Shown piece after piece: positions 62,100 through 64,000 of a stretch of DNA of 64,000 nucleotides (position 1 is its first letter; each line of letters begins with the position of its first letter). The translations under genes were made by a program, and so were the position numbers. The notes under the pieces were generated by a model. It did no database searches. It was given only the letters and a program-made list of their open reading frames with translations, and had not been told where the DNA came from. The DNA comes from Camelus dromedarius. Taxonomy: Eukaryota. Where the stretch lies: contig NC_087436.1 of NCBI RefSeq assembly GCF_036321535.1, positions 50,656,001 through 50,720,000 of the forward strand. Reading direction: 5' to 3'.

Positions 62100-64000
62100 T
62101 TGAAAATTTTATTAATTGATTTAGTAAATTCACTTAGTAAAGATACACAATGCAATATTACTAACTATAGTCAACATGCTGTACATTACATCCTCATGAC
62201 CTATTTTATAACTAGAAGTTTGTCCCCCTTCACCCATTTTGTCCATCCTCCTGCCCTCTGCCTTTGCCAGCCACCAGTCTGTTCTCTGCATCTATGAGCT
62301 TGATTGGTTTTTTTAATTGAAGTATAGTCAGTTATAATGTGTCAATTTCTGGTGTACAGCATAATGTTTCAATCATCCATGTACATACATATATTTGTTT
62401 TCATATTCTTTTTCATTACAGGTTACTACAAGATATTGAATATAGTTCCCTGTGTTATACAGAAGAAATTTGTTTTATCTATTTTGTATATAGCAATTAG
62501 TATTTGCAAATCTTGAACTCCCAATTCATCCCTTCCCACTCCCTTTCCCGCAGTAACCAAAGTTTGTTTACTATGTCTGTGAGTCTATTTGGGTTTTTTT
62601 TTATTCCACATATAAGAGACATTATACTGTATCTGTCTTTCTCTGAGTTATTTCTCTTAGCATAATGCTCTCAAGGTCCGTCTGTGTTGTAGCATATGGC
62701 AAGATCTTCTTTTCTATGGCCAAATAATATTTCATTTTATAGATATAGATATAGACCTACCATTTTCTTTATCCATTCATCCTTGATGTTGATGAACACT
62801 TAGGTTGTTTCCATATCTTGGCTCTTGTAAGTTTAGCTGTCTTGTATATCTTGACTGCAGTGAACATGGAGATTCATACACCTTTTTGAATTAGTGTTTT
62901 AATTTTCTTTGTATAAATAACCAGAAGTGGAATTGCTGGATCATATGGTAGTTCTAGTTTTAATTTTTTGAGGAATCTCCTTTCTGTTTTCCATAGTGGC
63001 TACATCAGTATACATTCCCACCAACAGTGCACAAGGGTTCCCTTTTCCCACATCCTCGCTAACACTAATAACATTCTTGTCTTTTTGATAATAGTCATTT
63101 TAACAGGTGGGAGGTGTTACCTCATTGTGGTTTTAATTTGCATTTCCCTGACAATTATTGTTGTTGAGCATCTTTTCGTATACCTGTTGGCCATCTGTAT
63201 GTCTTCTTTGAAAAAATTTCTATTCAGATTCTCTGCCTATTTTTTAATCAAATTGTTTTATTGTGGGGGTTTTCTTTTCTTTTTTTTTTTTTTTGTCTAT
63301 TGAGTTGTATGAATTCCTTATATATTTTGGATATTAACCACTTATCATATATTTGATTTGCAAATAGTGTCTTCCATTTGGCAGGTTGCCTTTTCATTTT
63401 GTTGATGGTTTCCTTTGGTGTGCAGAAGCTTTTTAGTTTGATGTAGTCCCACTTTTTTTTTTTTTTTTAACTTTTGCTGCCTTTGTTTCTGGTATCAAAC
63501 CTAAAACATCATCGCCAATACCAGCATCAAAGAGCTTAACACCTATGTTTTCTTCTAAAAGTTTTATGATTTCAGGTCATAGGTTCAAGTCTTTAATCCA
63601 TTTTGAGTCATTTTTTGTGTATGGTATAGAGGTCCAGCTTTATTTGTTTGCATAAGGCTGTCCAGTTTTCTAAATACCGTTTATTGACAAGATTGTCCTT
63701 TTCCCATTGTATATTCTTGGCTACTTGGTCACAAATTGACCATATGTATATAACTCTATTTCTGGGCTTCAGAATAACAAATGTTCCATTGACCTATGTG
63801 TCTGTTTTTATGCTAATACCATACTATTTTGATTATAATAACTTTGTAATATAGTTTGAAATCAGCAAGTATGATGCCTTTTTTGTTCTTTCTGATCTTT
63901 TTTTATTTTTATTTATCTTTTTTAATTGAAGTATAATTGATTTATAATGTTTCAGGTATACAGCAAAGTGATTCAGTTATGTATATATATTTTCTTTCTC
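62100..64000 (-). mobile_element. L1 (3'UTR and ORF2 end) with younger L1 tails nested at ~62305-62590 and 63895-64000
   Basis: Antisense ORF2 C-terminal sequence (cattcccaccaacagtg...catttccctga...gtgcagaagctttttagtttgatgtagtccca). Confidence 0.92.

Noticed and set aside
396..63854. Remaining short ORFs in the six-frame track
   Set aside because: Many start at non-ATG codons, are low-complexity or lie in L1/L2/LTR relics, or are off-frame/antisense overlaps of real exons

Overview
Mammalian, AT-rich, repeat-dense genomic DNA. It is most likely camelid, judged by two tRNA-Ala-derived SINEs of the Vic-1 type. The + strand carries all 11 coding exons of SLC9B2 (NHA2, CPA2-family Na+/H+ antiporter) from 7041 to 38250. 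Spliced by hand, these give an intact 1611-nt CDS (536 aa) with GT-AG junctions and retained E215, D278-D279 and R432. Its promoter and first exon are not evident in the window. Downstream in tandem are the CpG-island promoter (~44.7-45.1 kb), a probable non-coding exon 1 and the first two coding exons (59591-59659, 61344-61479) of the paralog SLC9B1 (NHA1); the rest lies beyond the window. Introns are filled with L1, L2, MIR, MaLR/ERV LTRs and hAT DNA transposons. Nearly all ORFs in the supplied track are spurious or repeat-derived. I see no new multi-gene system. The best leads are: a rewritten NHA2 C-terminus (STRF, a class I PDZ-type motif); a WDIFQP->WYIFQP change; a pre-miRNA-sized hairpin in the 3' UTR; a CFTR-like (TG)8 acceptor; a 3'UTR-like insert inside an old L1; a young CpG-rich solo LTR; and SLC9B1 5'-end features. 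Ortholog comparisons and repeat family names are from memory and were not verified by search.
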